DNA of 64,000 bases from Escherichia phage ECML-1: the sequence record OL631478.1. The stretch is one strand, 5' to 3'. A model generated the notes under the pieces. The model was not told the DNA's origin. It did not search any database and saw only the letters and a program-made list of their open reading frames with translations. Positions within the stretch are counted from its first letter, which is position 1. Each line of letters starts with the position of its first letter. Positions 36,287 to 45,898 of the stretch are shown here, piece after piece. The position numbers and the translations under genes are program-made.

Positions 36287-38264
36287 AGGTCGTAAATTGA
36301 AAGAGGCTGGTCAGTTTATTGGTCATTGTGCATGTCCACGTTGTGGTTCATCAGATGCTGGTTCAATCTATCATCATGACGATGATTCTTATTCGATGAC
36401 TTGCTTTAGTTGTAACAAAGGTTTCCCAGAGTGGGATTTTGATAAAGGACAAATCGTGAGCACTTATTCTACTGGTTCAGACAATAAAAACCGTACTTTC
36501 CGTGGAATGGATTTAGACGATGTAAAAGAAAACCTTGAAGCAATGGACTTGAAAGACAGGAAGATTCCTGCAAAAGTTCTTGAGCGTTTGGGTATTAAGG
36601 TTGACATTGACAGTGATGGTGAAATTGACGCGCATTTCTACCCAACTTACAAACGCAATGAAGATGGCAAGCTAGAGCATGTTGGCTACCGTGTTCGTCA
36701 CCGTTACCCAGAAGACCATCCAAAAGAACACCTACGTGGTAAGCTAAAAGACTTTTCAGGTGGTGTTGGAGACATTAAAGGTGAACTGGCAATGTTCGGT
36801 TCATGGATTGCTCCAGAAGGTGGCAACCGTCTATTCATCTGGGAAGGTGAGATGGAATGCGCTACAGCAATCTACATGACTTCTCTGGCGATTAAAGATA
36901 AGTCTCGTCGTAAGAATTACTGTCACGTATCTGTTCCATCAGGTGCAAACATTAAGTCTATCAAAGACAACTATCAGTACATCACATCGTTTGATGAGAT
37001 TTACTTGTGCTTTGATAACGATGAAGCAGGTGCTAAAGCTACCAAAGAGGCTGCTGGTATCCTACCTATTGAGAAGGTTCGTTTATTCCAGTATCCAGAA
37101 GGTGTAAAAGACCTTAACGAATGGTGGACAAAGTTCTATAAAGAGAAAGATACAGTTCTGGAAGGATTTAAGCAGCGTATCTACAACGCACCTCGTTACT
37201 GCCCTGCTGGTATCAAGAACTTTGCAGATGGTTTTGAGGCAATGAGGAATCGTGGTCAGATTCCATTGATTCCTTTCCCAGAGTCTTTCGGAGATTTGAA
37301 CAGGCTGACTTATGGTGGTTATGGTTTAGGTGAGATTACAACTATTGCAGCACCATCTTCAGTAGGTAAGTCAGCTTACACTCGTGAGATGATTTATTCA
37401 GCTTGGAAAGAAACTGATTATAATATCGGTGTAATTCCTGTAGAAGATACCTATGAAGAGTTGATGGAGATGCTCTGTGCAATTCACCTGAGCAAACAGA
37501 TTTCTGAGATTCCTTATGATGAACGGGATTGGGATGAATTAAAAGGAGCACACGCAGAACTATCTAAAGGTCGTCGTATCCATATCGTTGACCATCAAGG
37601 GGCAATTGACCAAGATAACCTGCTAGAGTTTGTTGACTATCTTGTTAACAGTTTAGATTGCAAGATTATCATTCTTGACCCTATCACGTTAGCCCTGTCA
37701 CGTTCAGATACGGATGAAGAGGAAGTTTTGTCTGAGCTATTGCGTCGTTGCAAACGCTACCAGTATGCGCAGGTAAACGTATGTCACGTTCGTAAGAGTG
37801 CAGGTGGTCAGAAAGCTAACTCTGAAGGTGGGGATATCTCTGAAGAGGATATCAAGGGTTCTGGTGCGTATTTCCAGATTTCCATGAATAATATTTTGTT
37901 AATGCGTAACAAGGTTGACCCAGACCCTGTTAAGAAAAACTTGACAAAAATCAAGTTAACTAAATGTCGTCGTCACGGTAAGTCAACGGGTATTGCTGGT
38001 CATACTTGGTACAATCCAGATACAGGGCGTCTCATTAAAGCATCTGGTTGTGGAGTTGACATTGATGGTGCAGCAGAAAATATCCGTCAACAGTTTGGTA
38101 TTGGTGAGGCTGAAGACCATTACGATGACTCTTTGCCACATTATGAGGATGAAGTGTTTGACCGTGAGACTGGTGAAGTCTATACTGATGAGCAGCGTCA
38201 AAGCTCAACGATTCCACCTGTATTAAGTGAGGATGCAGATGACTGCCCGTTCGAAACTGAGTGA
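36273..38264 (+). CDS. DNA primase-helicase (T7 gp4-like; likely start ATG ~36280)
   Basis: Zinc ribbon CPRCGSSD...CFSCNKG; TOPRIM-like FIWEGEMECATA / DNDEAG; helicase Walker A APSSVGKSAYT. Confidence 0.85.
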   Translation: MLMSKGRKLKEAGQFIGHCACPRCGSSDAGSIYHHDDDSYSMTCFSCNKGFPEWDFDKGQIVSTYSTGSDNKNRTFRGMDLDDVKENLEAMDLKDRKIPAKVLERLGIKVDIDSDGEIDAHFYPTYKRNEDGKLEHVGYRVRHRYPEDHPKEHLRGKLKDFSGGVGDIKGELAMFGSWIAPEGGNRLFIWEGEMECATAIYMTSLAIKDKSRRKNYCHVSVPSGANIKSIKDNYQYITSFDEIYLCFDNDEAGAKATKEAAGILPIEKVRLFQYPEGVKDLNEWWTKFYKEKDTVLEGFKQRIYNAPRYCPAGIKNFADGFEAMRNRGQIPLIPFPESFGDLNRLTYGGYGLGEITTIAAPSSVGKSAYTREMIYSAWKETDYNIGVIPVEDTYEELMEMLCAIHLSKQISEIPYDERDWDELKGAHAELSKGRRIHIVDHQGAIDQDNLLEFVDYLVNSLDCKIIILDPITLALSRSDTDEEEVLSELLRRCKRYQYAQVNVCHVRKSAGGQKANSEGGDISEEDIKGSGAYFQISMNNILLMRNKVDPDPVKKNLTKIKLTKCRRHGKSTGIAGHTWYNPDTGRLIKASGCGVDIDGAAENIRQQFGIGEAEDHYDDSLPHYEDEVFDRETGEVYTDEQRQSSTIPPVLSEDADDCPFETE

Positions 38265-38520
38265 TAGCTATAAAAGAGAGGGGTTCATACCCTTCTTTGA
38301 AGAAAAAAGTTTAAATAAATTTCAGGAAGAGTGTTTGACAAAGGTTGATAGGTTCTATAGAATGCTCTACATGAAATGTGATGGTGGTGTCGAAGTAGAG
38401 AAAAAGTCCTATCACAATACTGTCACAGTCATCATCACTATACCTGAACATAATATTGGTTGGCTGTTTGTAATAAAAGAAAATGTGTTTGAATATCAAG
38501 TATATCGGAGAATATCATGA
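38227..38520 (+). CDS. Hypothetical protein
   Basis: 97 aa ORF overlapping primase-helicase 3' end. Confidence 0.35.
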   Translation: MRMQMTARSKLSDSYKREGFIPFFEEKSLNKFQEECLTKVDRFYRMLYMKCDGGVEVEKKSYHNTVTVIITIPEHNIGWLFVIKENVFEYQVYRRIS

Positions 38521-38666
38521 AACACTCTAAAGCATTTGAAAAAGTTTTTGGGGATTCCTTAAAAGTCACTGCTGGAAAACCAGCAAAATACTATGAAGAG
38601 AAGCGTGTAAGAACTGGAAAAACTGCACGTAAAGCAGCTTCTAAAGATAAGCACAACTTCCAGTAA
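38517..38666 (+). CDS. Small basic hypothetical protein (49 aa)
   Basis: ATGA start/stop overlap with upstream ORF; Lys-rich; below ORF-track size cutoff. Confidence 0.3.
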   Translation: MKHSKAFEKVFGDSLKVTAGKPAKYYEEKRVRTGKTARKAASKDKHNFQ

Positions 38667-38673
38667 TTAATGT

Positions 38674-38702
38674 TTGACAATAGAGTATCAACAAATTAGA
38701 AT
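38674..38702 (+). promoter_or_regulatory. Candidate sigma70-like promoter upstream of SSB-like gene
   Basis: TTGACA - 17 nt - TAGAAT, ~37 nt upstream of start codon. Confidence 0.45.
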
Positions 38703-38738
38703 TGGTACTCTTCATAAATTGAGATAGAGGTTTAAATA

Positions 38739-39596
38739 ATGTCTAAAGTTGTTAAAATGAAAGCTCCGGTAGAGAAGTACAACGGTACTGAACGTCAAAC
38801 TCTGCGTTACCTTCTGAAAGATGTCTGGTTTTATTACCTGAACACTTCACCACGTCCGGGAAAAGGCAAGTCCATTGATAAGAAATTCCCAGGCAAAGAC
38901 TGTAACTACAGCGTTTCAATTCTGGCAGAAGATGGTAACAAGCTGTTTAAAGAGTTTACTAAGTCTAAGAAAAACCCAGAAGGTTGGGATAAAGTTACCA
39001 CTGAAGCAGTTGATGCAGATGACTTCGAAGAGAAGTTTGGTTGCAAACCACCATTTGAAGCAGACACTTACTACATCTTGAAAGTAAGTCGTGCAGCAGC
39101 TTATAAAGATGGTGCTGTATGGACAGCTAAACAGTCATTCCCTGTAATGCTGATTGAAGAAGTAAATGGTAAGCGTGTAGCTGTTAAGCAGCCGATGAAG
39201 AAAATCAAAGCTCAAGCATCTGACAAACATGAAGATGATAAGAACTATGATGTAATTCATCCAGATATTGCAGTTGGTAACGGTTCTTTTGGTAGTGTGA
39301 TTCTTTCTACTCACTTCTACACTTTTGAGAACAATGTCTTGACAAAGCCTATTCAGGAACAGTTTATCATTGATACTCTTGTACCTTACACTGGTGGTAA
39401 CGGTGCTAACGGTGAACCTGAACTGGATGAAGATGAACTGGCTATGCTTGGTCTTGATGGTGTCGAAGATAACGGTGAAATCACTGAAGAAGACGCAACA
39501 GACCATAAATCTTCGAATGATTCTGATGATGGTGACGATGAAGACTTGCCAGACCCAGATGACGAAGAAGATGAAGACTTCGATACAGAAGACTAA
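38739..39596 (+). CDS. Putative single-stranded DNA-binding protein
   Basis: 285 aa with highly acidic C-terminal tail DDGDDEDLPDPDDEEDEDFDTED; between primase-helicase and exonuclease; own promoter and terminator. Confidence 0.5.
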   Translation: MSKVVKMKAPVEKYNGTERQTLRYLLKDVWFYYLNTSPRPGKGKSIDKKFPGKDCNYSVSILAEDGNKLFKEFTKSKKNPEGWDKVTTEAVDADDFEEKFGCKPPFEADTYYILKVSRAAAYKDGAVWTAKQSFPVMLIEEVNGKRVAVKQPMKKIKAQASDKHEDDKNYDVIHPDIAVGNGSFGSVILSTHFYTFENNVLTKPIQEQFIIDTLVPYTGGNGANGEPELDEDELAMLGLDGVEDNGEITEEDATDHKSSNDSDDGDDEDLPDPDDEEDEDFDTED

Positions 39597-39613
39597 TCTC
39601 TAAAAGTTACTTT

Positions 39614-39642
39614 AAAGCCCTGTACTTAGTATGGGGCTTTTT
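39614..39642 (+). terminator. Rho-independent terminator after SSB-like gene
   Basis: AAAGCCC / GGGCTTT stem followed by TTTTC. Confidence 0.5.
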
Positions 39643-39658
39643 CATATGGAGAGCCATA

Positions 39659-40705
39659 ATGGAGAAGTACACATTAACAAAGCTTCCCGATTCAGTTACA
39701 CATATCTTTATTGACTCTGACAGCATTGCCTATAAAGGTGCTTGTGTAGTTGAGAAAGCAAAGTATAAATACGTTAATAAACTCACAGCAGAAGAATCTG
39801 AACCATTTGATAATGCGAAAGATGCTGCAAGATGGTTAGCAGACCAGAGAATCCTTGTGGAAGAGCTTGGCCTGACATTTGATGAAGATGAATGGGAAAG
39901 ACAGACTTGGAAAGAAGCTAAGAGTGAAAAAGAAGCTATCATGGCTACTCAACAGGTGCTTCAGGAATGGCTTAAGGTTGTTGGGAAAGAAAGAACTTGG
40001 GTAGGCTATTTAACAGAGAAAGGTGTGCATAAACATAAAGACATTAAAGGTCTTGAGCACCAATATCAAGGTAACCGTAAAGATGCTGTCACACCAACAC
40101 ACTTAGTCGCTTGTCGTGAATATCTTTTATCCAGACCAGAGTTCAAACTGATTCTTGATGGATTTGAAGCTGACTCTATCGTTATTGCTAAAGCTGAAAA
40201 GATGGGAAAAAAAGCTGCCTTAATGAGTATTGATAAAGACCTTCGCCAAGCTGAAGGTACTTACTGCATTGATATGACCTATGAAAAATCACCTTTAATT
40301 TTCATTGCTGATAACAACGTTGGTGAAATTTGGGATTGTCCAATAAAATCGACACCAAAAGCTAAGAAGACAGTTGGTGTAGGTTTTAAGTTTCTTTGTT
40401 ATCAAGCTGTTGCTGGTGATAATGCGGATAATTATTTTGGTTTAAAGGGTGTTGGTAAGGCTGCTGTGATGAAGGCTCTTGAAGGGAAAACAACTTACAA
40501 AGAGTGTCTTGATGCAATTTACGAGTTATATGCTAAGAAAGACTCCTATACTTATGTATCATGGGATGGTCAGACAATCACCAGAACACCTTTAGAATTA
40601 ATGCAGCAACACTTTTTCTTAGCTTATCAGGAAAGAAACAAGAAAGACGATTTTACTTTTGATAAGTATGGGTGGACACCAAATGTTAACTCAACAAACT
40701 CTTAA
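39659..40705 (+). CDS. 5'-3' exonuclease / flap endonuclease (FEN family)
   Basis: N-terminal acidic cluster IFIDSDSIAYKGA and H3TH-like AGDNADNYFGLKGVGKAAVMK. Confidence 0.7.
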   Translation: MEKYTLTKLPDSVTHIFIDSDSIAYKGACVVEKAKYKYVNKLTAEESEPFDNAKDAARWLADQRILVEELGLTFDEDEWERQTWKEAKSEKEAIMATQQVLQEWLKVVGKERTWVGYLTEKGVHKHKDIKGLEHQYQGNRKDAVTPTHLVACREYLLSRPEFKLILDGFEADSIVIAKAEKMGKKAALMSIDKDLRQAEGTYCIDMTYEKSPLIFIADNNVGEIWDCPIKSTPKAKKTVGVGFKFLCYQAVAGDNADNYFGLKGVGKAAVMKALEGKTTYKECLDAIYELYAKKDSYTYVSWDGQTITRTPLELMQQHFFLAYQERNKKDDFTFDKYGWTPNVNSTNS

Positions 40706-41174
40706 AGAATACCTGCACTATGACCCCGAAACAGGGGTCTTTACTTGGATTAAGAAGTCTGCTAAGCACACAAAAATTGGTTCTGTTGCAGGTACAAACT
40801 TAAGGGGATACATCAGAATCTATTTGTTTGGTAAGGGTTATTATGCACATACACTGGCTGTTCTGTATATGGACGGTTACCTTCCTGAGTGTGTTGACCA
40901 TAAAAACCATGTAACCCTAGATAATCGCTGGATAAATCTTAGGGCATGTACGTTATCAGAGAACCAATGTAATAGGTTACTCAATAAGAATAATAAATCA
41001 GGTGTTAAAGGTGTGTACTACAAAAAACAGTATGGTAAGTGGGCTACACAGATAACTTTTAAGAAGAGAGTTTACTTCTTCGGCAACTATGACACGATTG
41101 CTGAAGCAGCAGAGGTTGTAAATAGGGAACGCCAACGTTTACACAGAGAGTTTGCTAATAAAGGTGATGAATGA
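40659..41174 (+). CDS. HNH homing endonuclease with AP2-like DNA-binding domain
   Basis: YAHTLAV...CVDHKNHVTLDNRWINL (HNH) and NKSGVKGVYYKK...WATQI (AP2-like); paralog of 53570..54061. Confidence 0.65.
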   Translation: MISMGGHQMLTQQTLKEYLHYDPETGVFTWIKKSAKHTKIGSVAGTNLRGYIRIYLFGKGYYAHTLAVLYMDGYLPECVDHKNHVTLDNRWINLRACTLSENQCNRLLNKNNKSGVKGVYYKKQYGKWATQITFKKRVYFFGNYDTIAEAAEVVNRERQRLHREFANKGDE

Positions 41175-41671
41175 GAAAAATAAAAGGTTTTGGCAATTGC
41201 CCTGAATATGGTCACTGGATTTCACTATGTGGTGAAGTTGACCCAGCAAAGCACTTTGGTTTTGTCTACCTAGTGTACTGTAAAAAGACTGGACAGTACT
41301 ATTTGGGTAAGAAACAGCTTAATAGTGTGACCAAAAGAAAAGTTGCTGGGAAGACTCGGAAGAAGGTAGTCACTAAGGAGAGTGATTGGATGACTTACGA
41401 AACCTCTTCTGAGTATATTAAAAAAGATATTGAGAGCTTTGGAAAAGAATTTTTTGACTTTTACATTATTCAGACCTACTACACAAAAGGTGGCCTAGTC
41501 TATGGTGAAGCAAACCTTCAACATAAATTCGATGTAATGACAAAAAGGATTGACTCGAAGCTCAGACTCTTCTACAATGCCAATATTGCAGCAATTAAGT
41601 TTATTACTAAAGAAACTTATGAAGATGCTGAAAAAAGAATCCATAAGGTAATGAAAGCAAATTGTGCTTGA
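41171..41671 (+). CDS. Putative GIY-YIG-like endonuclease
   Basis: FVYLVYCKKTGQYYLGKK resembles GIY-(N10)-YIG motif; weak. Confidence 0.35.
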   Translation: MRKIKGFGNCPEYGHWISLCGEVDPAKHFGFVYLVYCKKTGQYYLGKKQLNSVTKRKVAGKTRKKVVTKESDWMTYETSSEYIKKDIESFGKEFFDFYIIQTYYTKGGLVYGEANLQHKFDVMTKRIDSKLRLFYNANIAAIKFITKETYEDAEKRIHKVMKANCA

Positions 41672-41677
41672 TAACTA

Positions 41678-41941
41678 TTGAGAGAGAATAAAATGTTTAA
41701 CAAAAGCAAAGCTGTGAGTCATGTAGCAAAAGTTGACAGCAAGATTGAAGAACTTGAGCGCATCCTTGCAAATGCTAGAGAGTCAATAATCAAAGAAGTT
41801 GAAGCTGTTGAATCTCAAATGCAGCACCTAATGCTTAAACGTCAAGAGCTACGTGAGCATCTAGAATATATTGAAACACGAGAGCTAAAAGTTAACAGAT
41901 ATTTTAAGGAGTCCGAATGTTTAACTCAAGAGAATCAGTAA
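41678..41941 (+). CDS. Hypothetical coiled-coil protein
   Basis: 87 aa ORF. Confidence 0.35.
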   Translation: MRENKMFNKSKAVSHVAKVDSKIEELERILANARESIIKEVEAVESQMQHLMLKRQELREHLEYIETRELKVNRYFKESECLTQENQ

Positions 41942-42672
41942 AAAACTGGAACCTTCGTTGTGGAAACACTCAAAAGCAACCTTACAGTAATGAGTATTGG
42001 GAATCTTTAAAATCTCAATCTCTGTGTATGCTTGAAGAAGCAAAAGAGCTTGTAAAAGCAATTGAAGAGAAAGACCCCATTGAGACACTGGATGCTCAGG
42101 CAGATTTACAATATGTTCTTGACGGTTTGATTTACCTGTCACAACATGACCATAACGGTGCTATGGAAGCTGTTTGCCATAATAATGACCTGAAGTACAC
42201 AGATGACTATGAAGAAGCTTTAAAACGTCTTGCAGACATTGAAAAGCGTACTGGTCAAGAGTGTATTATTCGAATGTCAGTGGTTGATGGTAAAGAGTGG
42301 TATGCGATTGTCCGTGCAGCCGATGGGAAGATTATGAAGCAATCAAATCTCCCTAAAGTACAGCTTGGTGAATACATTGTAGAGCTTGAAAGCCAAGAAC
42401 TTTTTGTGGTAGTATCTGAGACATGCGTTATCTGCAAAGGTATTGTAGGTAGCTTAAAGGATTTGGGTGTAGATGGTTTTGTAGAAGTTAATCCAATTAC
42501 CTCTAAAGCAGATAAAGACTTCTGTAAAGAGAATGGACTATGGATTGCAGATATTGTCTACTATGATGGTGAGCAGTTCCATGTAACCTCATACCCGAAA
42601 CTGAATTATGATGCTAATAACCTGAAGTGCTGGTTAAAAGGGGTTGGTTATAATGGATTCACAGAACATTAA
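41917..42672 (+). CDS. Hypothetical protein with MazG-like NTP-pyrophosphohydrolase N-terminal segment
   Basis: EEAKELVKAIEEKDPIETLDAQADLQYVLDGL resembles MazG EExxE...D motif; weak. Confidence 0.4.
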   Translation: MFNSRESVKNWNLRCGNTQKQPYSNEYWESLKSQSLCMLEEAKELVKAIEEKDPIETLDAQADLQYVLDGLIYLSQHDHNGAMEAVCHNNDLKYTDDYEEALKRLADIEKRTGQECIIRMSVVDGKEWYAIVRAADGKIMKQSNLPKVQLGEYIVELESQELFVVVSETCVICKGIVGSLKDLGVDGFVEVNPITSKADKDFCKENGLWIADIVYYDGEQFHVTSYPKLNYDANNLKCWLKGVGYNGFTEH

Positions 42673-42976
42673 TAAAGAAGGTGTGGCTCAGAAGAGCCAC
42701 TTCTCAAACTACAATATCTCTATGACGGTGTTTATGAATGACCCGTTACTTGAGAAGTATGGTGAGACTCCAGATACACTTCTGGATAATGAACAAGTTT
42801 TAAAAGCAGTCCTGTACAAATACGGGATTGATATTGAGAAAGAGTATTCTTTTGAAATCTGTCAACACAGGAATACTTTTGGTAAAGTTGTAATGGCTCC
42901 ACTCTTCATGGGTGTAGAAAGAACTGACTATGGTTGGTTATATCTAAAAAGAAACTTGGAGAAATACCGTGTCTAA
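42644..42976 (+). CDS. Hypothetical protein
   Basis: 110 aa ORF. Confidence 0.35.
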   Translation: MVIMDSQNINKEGVAQKSHFSNYNISMTVFMNDPLLEKYGETPDTLLDNEQVLKAVLYKYGIDIEKEYSFEICQHRNTFGKVVMAPLFMGVERTDYGWLYLKRNLEKYRV

Positions 42977-43304
42977 AGCAAAAAAGCTATCTTATGATGA
43001 CATTATCTCAGGTGCTAAATTAGGTGTTGATAGTATCGGACAAGATGTTAAGCACGGAGACACAGTTATGTACTGTGACGACAGAAGAGGCAGAAGTGCA
43101 ATCTTGTTTGGAAGAATTGTTTGCAAGATGCGAGGCAATTACGTTGTTGCAGACATGGATGTGAATGTCACACAAAAACTTGAAACAATTATGGATGCTA
43201 GTACACCGTCATGGTTCCTAAATTGTATGCACGCCTCTTCAGTCACAAAAGTAAGTGATAAGTTTTACGATATGTGGCAGAATGAGCAAATTTTCAAGAT
43301 TTAA
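42969..43304 (+). CDS. Hypothetical protein
   Basis: 111 aa ORF followed by terminator. Confidence 0.4.
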   Translation: MSKAKKLSYDDIISGAKLGVDSIGQDVKHGDTVMYCDDRRGRSAILFGRIVCKMRGNYVVADMDVNVTQKLETIMDASTPSWFLNCMHASSVTKVSDKFYDMWQNEQIFKI

Positions 43305-43310
43305 ACTAGG

Positions 43311-43332
43311 GAGCCTCTTCGGAGGCTCTTTT
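43311..43332 (+). terminator. Rho-independent terminator
   Basis: GAGCCTC-TTCG-GAGGCTC hairpin followed by TTTT. Confidence 0.6.
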
Positions 43333-43350
43333 CATCTGTAGGATTCAAAA

Positions 43351-45585
43351 ATGATTAAGACAATTAAAAAATCAAACGGTACAGTAGTAAGCTTTGACCC
43401 AGAAAGACTGAATAAGTGGGCATCATGGGCAGATAAGCGCGGAATCATCTGGTCAGAAGTCACTATGGAAGCCATGAAACGTGTCTATGAAGGTTGCACT
43501 ACAAAAGAGATGCACCAAGCCATGATTGATGTTTGTGTTGATAAACAAACTCAAGAGTACTCAGATATGGCTGGACGACTGCTTTTGGGTATTATCTACA
43601 AAGAAGCCTTTGGAGGCTTTACTAAGGTTCCTACGCTGATTACCTTCGTTAAAAATATGGAGAGAGCAGGACTTTGGGAGAAGATGGATTATTCACAGGA
43701 AGAGCTTGAATACCTGCAAGGTTACATCGTGCACTCAAAAGATATCTCTTACGGTTATGCAGTCTTGAAACAGTTCAGAGACAAGTATGGTATCCGTGAT
43801 ATTAAAACGGGAAGACTGTTTGAGTCACCACAATTTATGTTTATGGGTATGGCTATGAAAGCCTTTGAGAAGCAACCAAAGCACCGTAGACTGCAAGATG
43901 TTATCAAGCTGTACACTTACCTATCTGACCTGAAGATTAACGCTCCTACTCCTTACCTGAATGGTTTAAGAGCCACTAAATCAGGTTATGCGTCATGCTG
44001 TTTGATTAAGGCGAATGATACCGCTGAATCTCTCGGTATTGCTGCAAAGGTTGCTTATGATATGACTACAAAGCAAGCTGGTATCGGGATGCTGATGGAG
44101 ACTCGCACTATTGGTGATGGTATCCGTCAAAATACTATTGAACACATGGGTAAGCTACCTTATTACAAGCTTGTACGTTCATCTGTAGAGGCAAACAAAC
44201 AGAAGAGTCGTGGTGGTTCAGCTAACAACTTCTATACTGCTCTAGACCCGCAGATTGAAGATTTACTGCGTTTGAAGCACCCTACAACGGTTCCTTCGAA
44301 ACGTATTAACGAGATGGACTACTCATTTGGTACAAATGATTATTTCTGGCAGTGTGTTCAATATGATACGGATTGGTTGCTATTCTCTTACAAAGATGCA
44401 CCAAAACTCTATGACATGTTCTACACAGCATCTGCTGATGAGTTTGCTATGGCAGTTGGTCACGCAGTACATTCAGGAGTTAAGCACAGACGAGTAAAGG
44501 CTCGTGAAATTGCCAAGCTGTTTATTCAACAGCGTTATGCTACAGGTCGTGTGTATCCATTCTTCACTAACAATGCGAACACACATACACCATTTAAAGA
44601 ACCATTGAAGATGTCAAATCTTTGTATGGAAATTGTGTTGCCAGTGTATGGTTTTGAGAAAGAGACAGACCTTTACAGAGACGATGCTGTGAAAGAGGAT
44701 GGTGAGGTGGCTCTTTGCTTCCTAGCTAGTTTGGTTGCAGGGAGAATTTCAGAAGATGAATACGCTGACGTTGCTTATTATGCTCTTGCAATGGTTGACT
44801 CCGTTATTGACCTTATGGATTATCCGTATCCGTCGATGCGTAACCATGTTCAGAAGCGTCGTTCTGTTGGGATTGGCCTTACAAATGTGGCTCATTACCT
44901 TGCGAAGAACTACGTGAACTACTCTTCACGAGCAGGTAAAACGAAACTTCATGAACTTGCAGAGATGCACTCTTACTATCTGCATGAAGCCTCGCTGAGA
45001 CTTGCTAAAGAGCGTGGCGTTCCAGAATACATGAAGTTCACTAAGTATCCTGAAGGCTGGGTTCCTCCAAAGACAGCTAACAAGAAGATTGATGAAAAGC
45101 ATGATGCGAAACTACGATATGATTGGGATGACTTAGCACAACGTATCAAAGAGAATGGTGGAATCCGAAACTCTGTATTAGAAGCTTACATGCCTAATGA
45201 GAGTTCTTCACTAGCAACTAATACGACAAATGGCTTGTATCCAATTCGTGACTTTATTTTAACTAAAAAGTCTGCAACTGGTAACGTGCTGTTTATTGTT
45301 CCAGATTATGAAGAGTTGAAGTATGTCTATGAAATTGCTTGGGATATCGACACCTTTGATATGATTGACTGTTATGCAATTGTTCAAAAGTTCACTGGTC
45401 AAGCTATCTCTTCAGACTTCTATGTTGACTACGCAAAAGCTAAGAAGGTATCATTGGCTCAAGCTTTGAAGTACATGATTTATGCCAACTCGGTAGGTAT
45501 GAAAACCATGTACTACCTTAACAGCCGCATTGGTGTAGGTAAATCTGCACTGCAAGATGCTTATTGCGAGGGTTGTGGTGTTTAG
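43351..45585 (+). CDS. nrdA: Ribonucleoside-diphosphate reductase alpha subunit (class I)
   Basis: 744 aa; N-terminal ATP-cone-like region; C-terminal cysteine pair CEGCGV; followed by NrdB- and NrdH-like genes. Confidence 0.8.
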   Translation: MIKTIKKSNGTVVSFDPERLNKWASWADKRGIIWSEVTMEAMKRVYEGCTTKEMHQAMIDVCVDKQTQEYSDMAGRLLLGIIYKEAFGGFTKVPTLITFVKNMERAGLWEKMDYSQEELEYLQGYIVHSKDISYGYAVLKQFRDKYGIRDIKTGRLFESPQFMFMGMAMKAFEKQPKHRRLQDVIKLYTYLSDLKINAPTPYLNGLRATKSGYASCCLIKANDTAESLGIAAKVAYDMTTKQAGIGMLMETRTIGDGIRQNTIEHMGKLPYYKLVRSSVEANKQKSRGGSANNFYTALDPQIEDLLRLKHPTTVPSKRINEMDYSFGTNDYFWQCVQYDTDWLLFSYKDAPKLYDMFYTASADEFAMAVGHAVHSGVKHRRVKAREIAKLFIQQRYATGRVYPFFTNNANTHTPFKEPLKMSNLCMEIVLPVYGFEKETDLYRDDAVKEDGEVALCFLASLVAGRISEDEYADVAYYALAMVDSVIDLMDYPYPSMRNHVQKRRSVGIGLTNVAHYLAKNYVNYSSRAGKTKLHELAEMHSYYLHEASLRLAKERGVPEYMKFTKYPEGWVPPKTANKKIDEKHDAKLRYDWDDLAQRIKENGGIRNSVLEAYMPNESSSLATNTTNGLYPIRDFILTKKSATGNVLFIVPDYEELKYVYEIAWDIDTFDMIDCYAIVQKFTGQAISSDFYVDYAKAKKVSLAQALKYMIYANSVGMKTMYYLNSRIGVGKSALQDAYCEGCGV

Positions 45586-45640
45586 TTTTAACAACTATGA
45601 GGGTCGTAAAAGACCCTCTAAAAATAACTTTGGAGAGACC

Positions 45641-45898
45641 ATGAAAGATTTAATAGAAAAACATGAGCGACCAATATACTTGCTCTACAAACCCCGCAAA
45701 GCATTGTACTATGTGAGCAGCACAGGTATCATGATAAAGCAGAATAATGACTTATGGGTCACTGGAGCCTCTTACATCTCTACAGTAGATGGTAAAATCT
45801 ACGCAAGACCTTATGAGATGTTTAACAAAGAAAATTGGGAAGTTTTAGACAGAAAACAAGCCTTAGAAATGATAAAGAAAGGAGAAATCACGCTATGA
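45641..45898 (+). CDS. Hypothetical small protein between nrdA and nrdB
   Basis: 85 aa from ATG with GGAGAG RBS; longer upstream extension in ORF track would overlap nrdA. Confidence 0.35.
   Translation: MKDLIEKHERPIYLLYKPRKALYYVSSTGIMIKQNNDLWVTGASYISTVDGKIYARPYEMFNKENWEVLDRKQALEMIKKGEITL

Noticed and set aside
45835-45894. Upstream extension of nrdB to the ORF-track start at 45835
   Set aside because: The extension overlaps the preceding small ORF in another frame and lacks an RBS; ATG at 45895 is preceded by AAAGGAGAAA.
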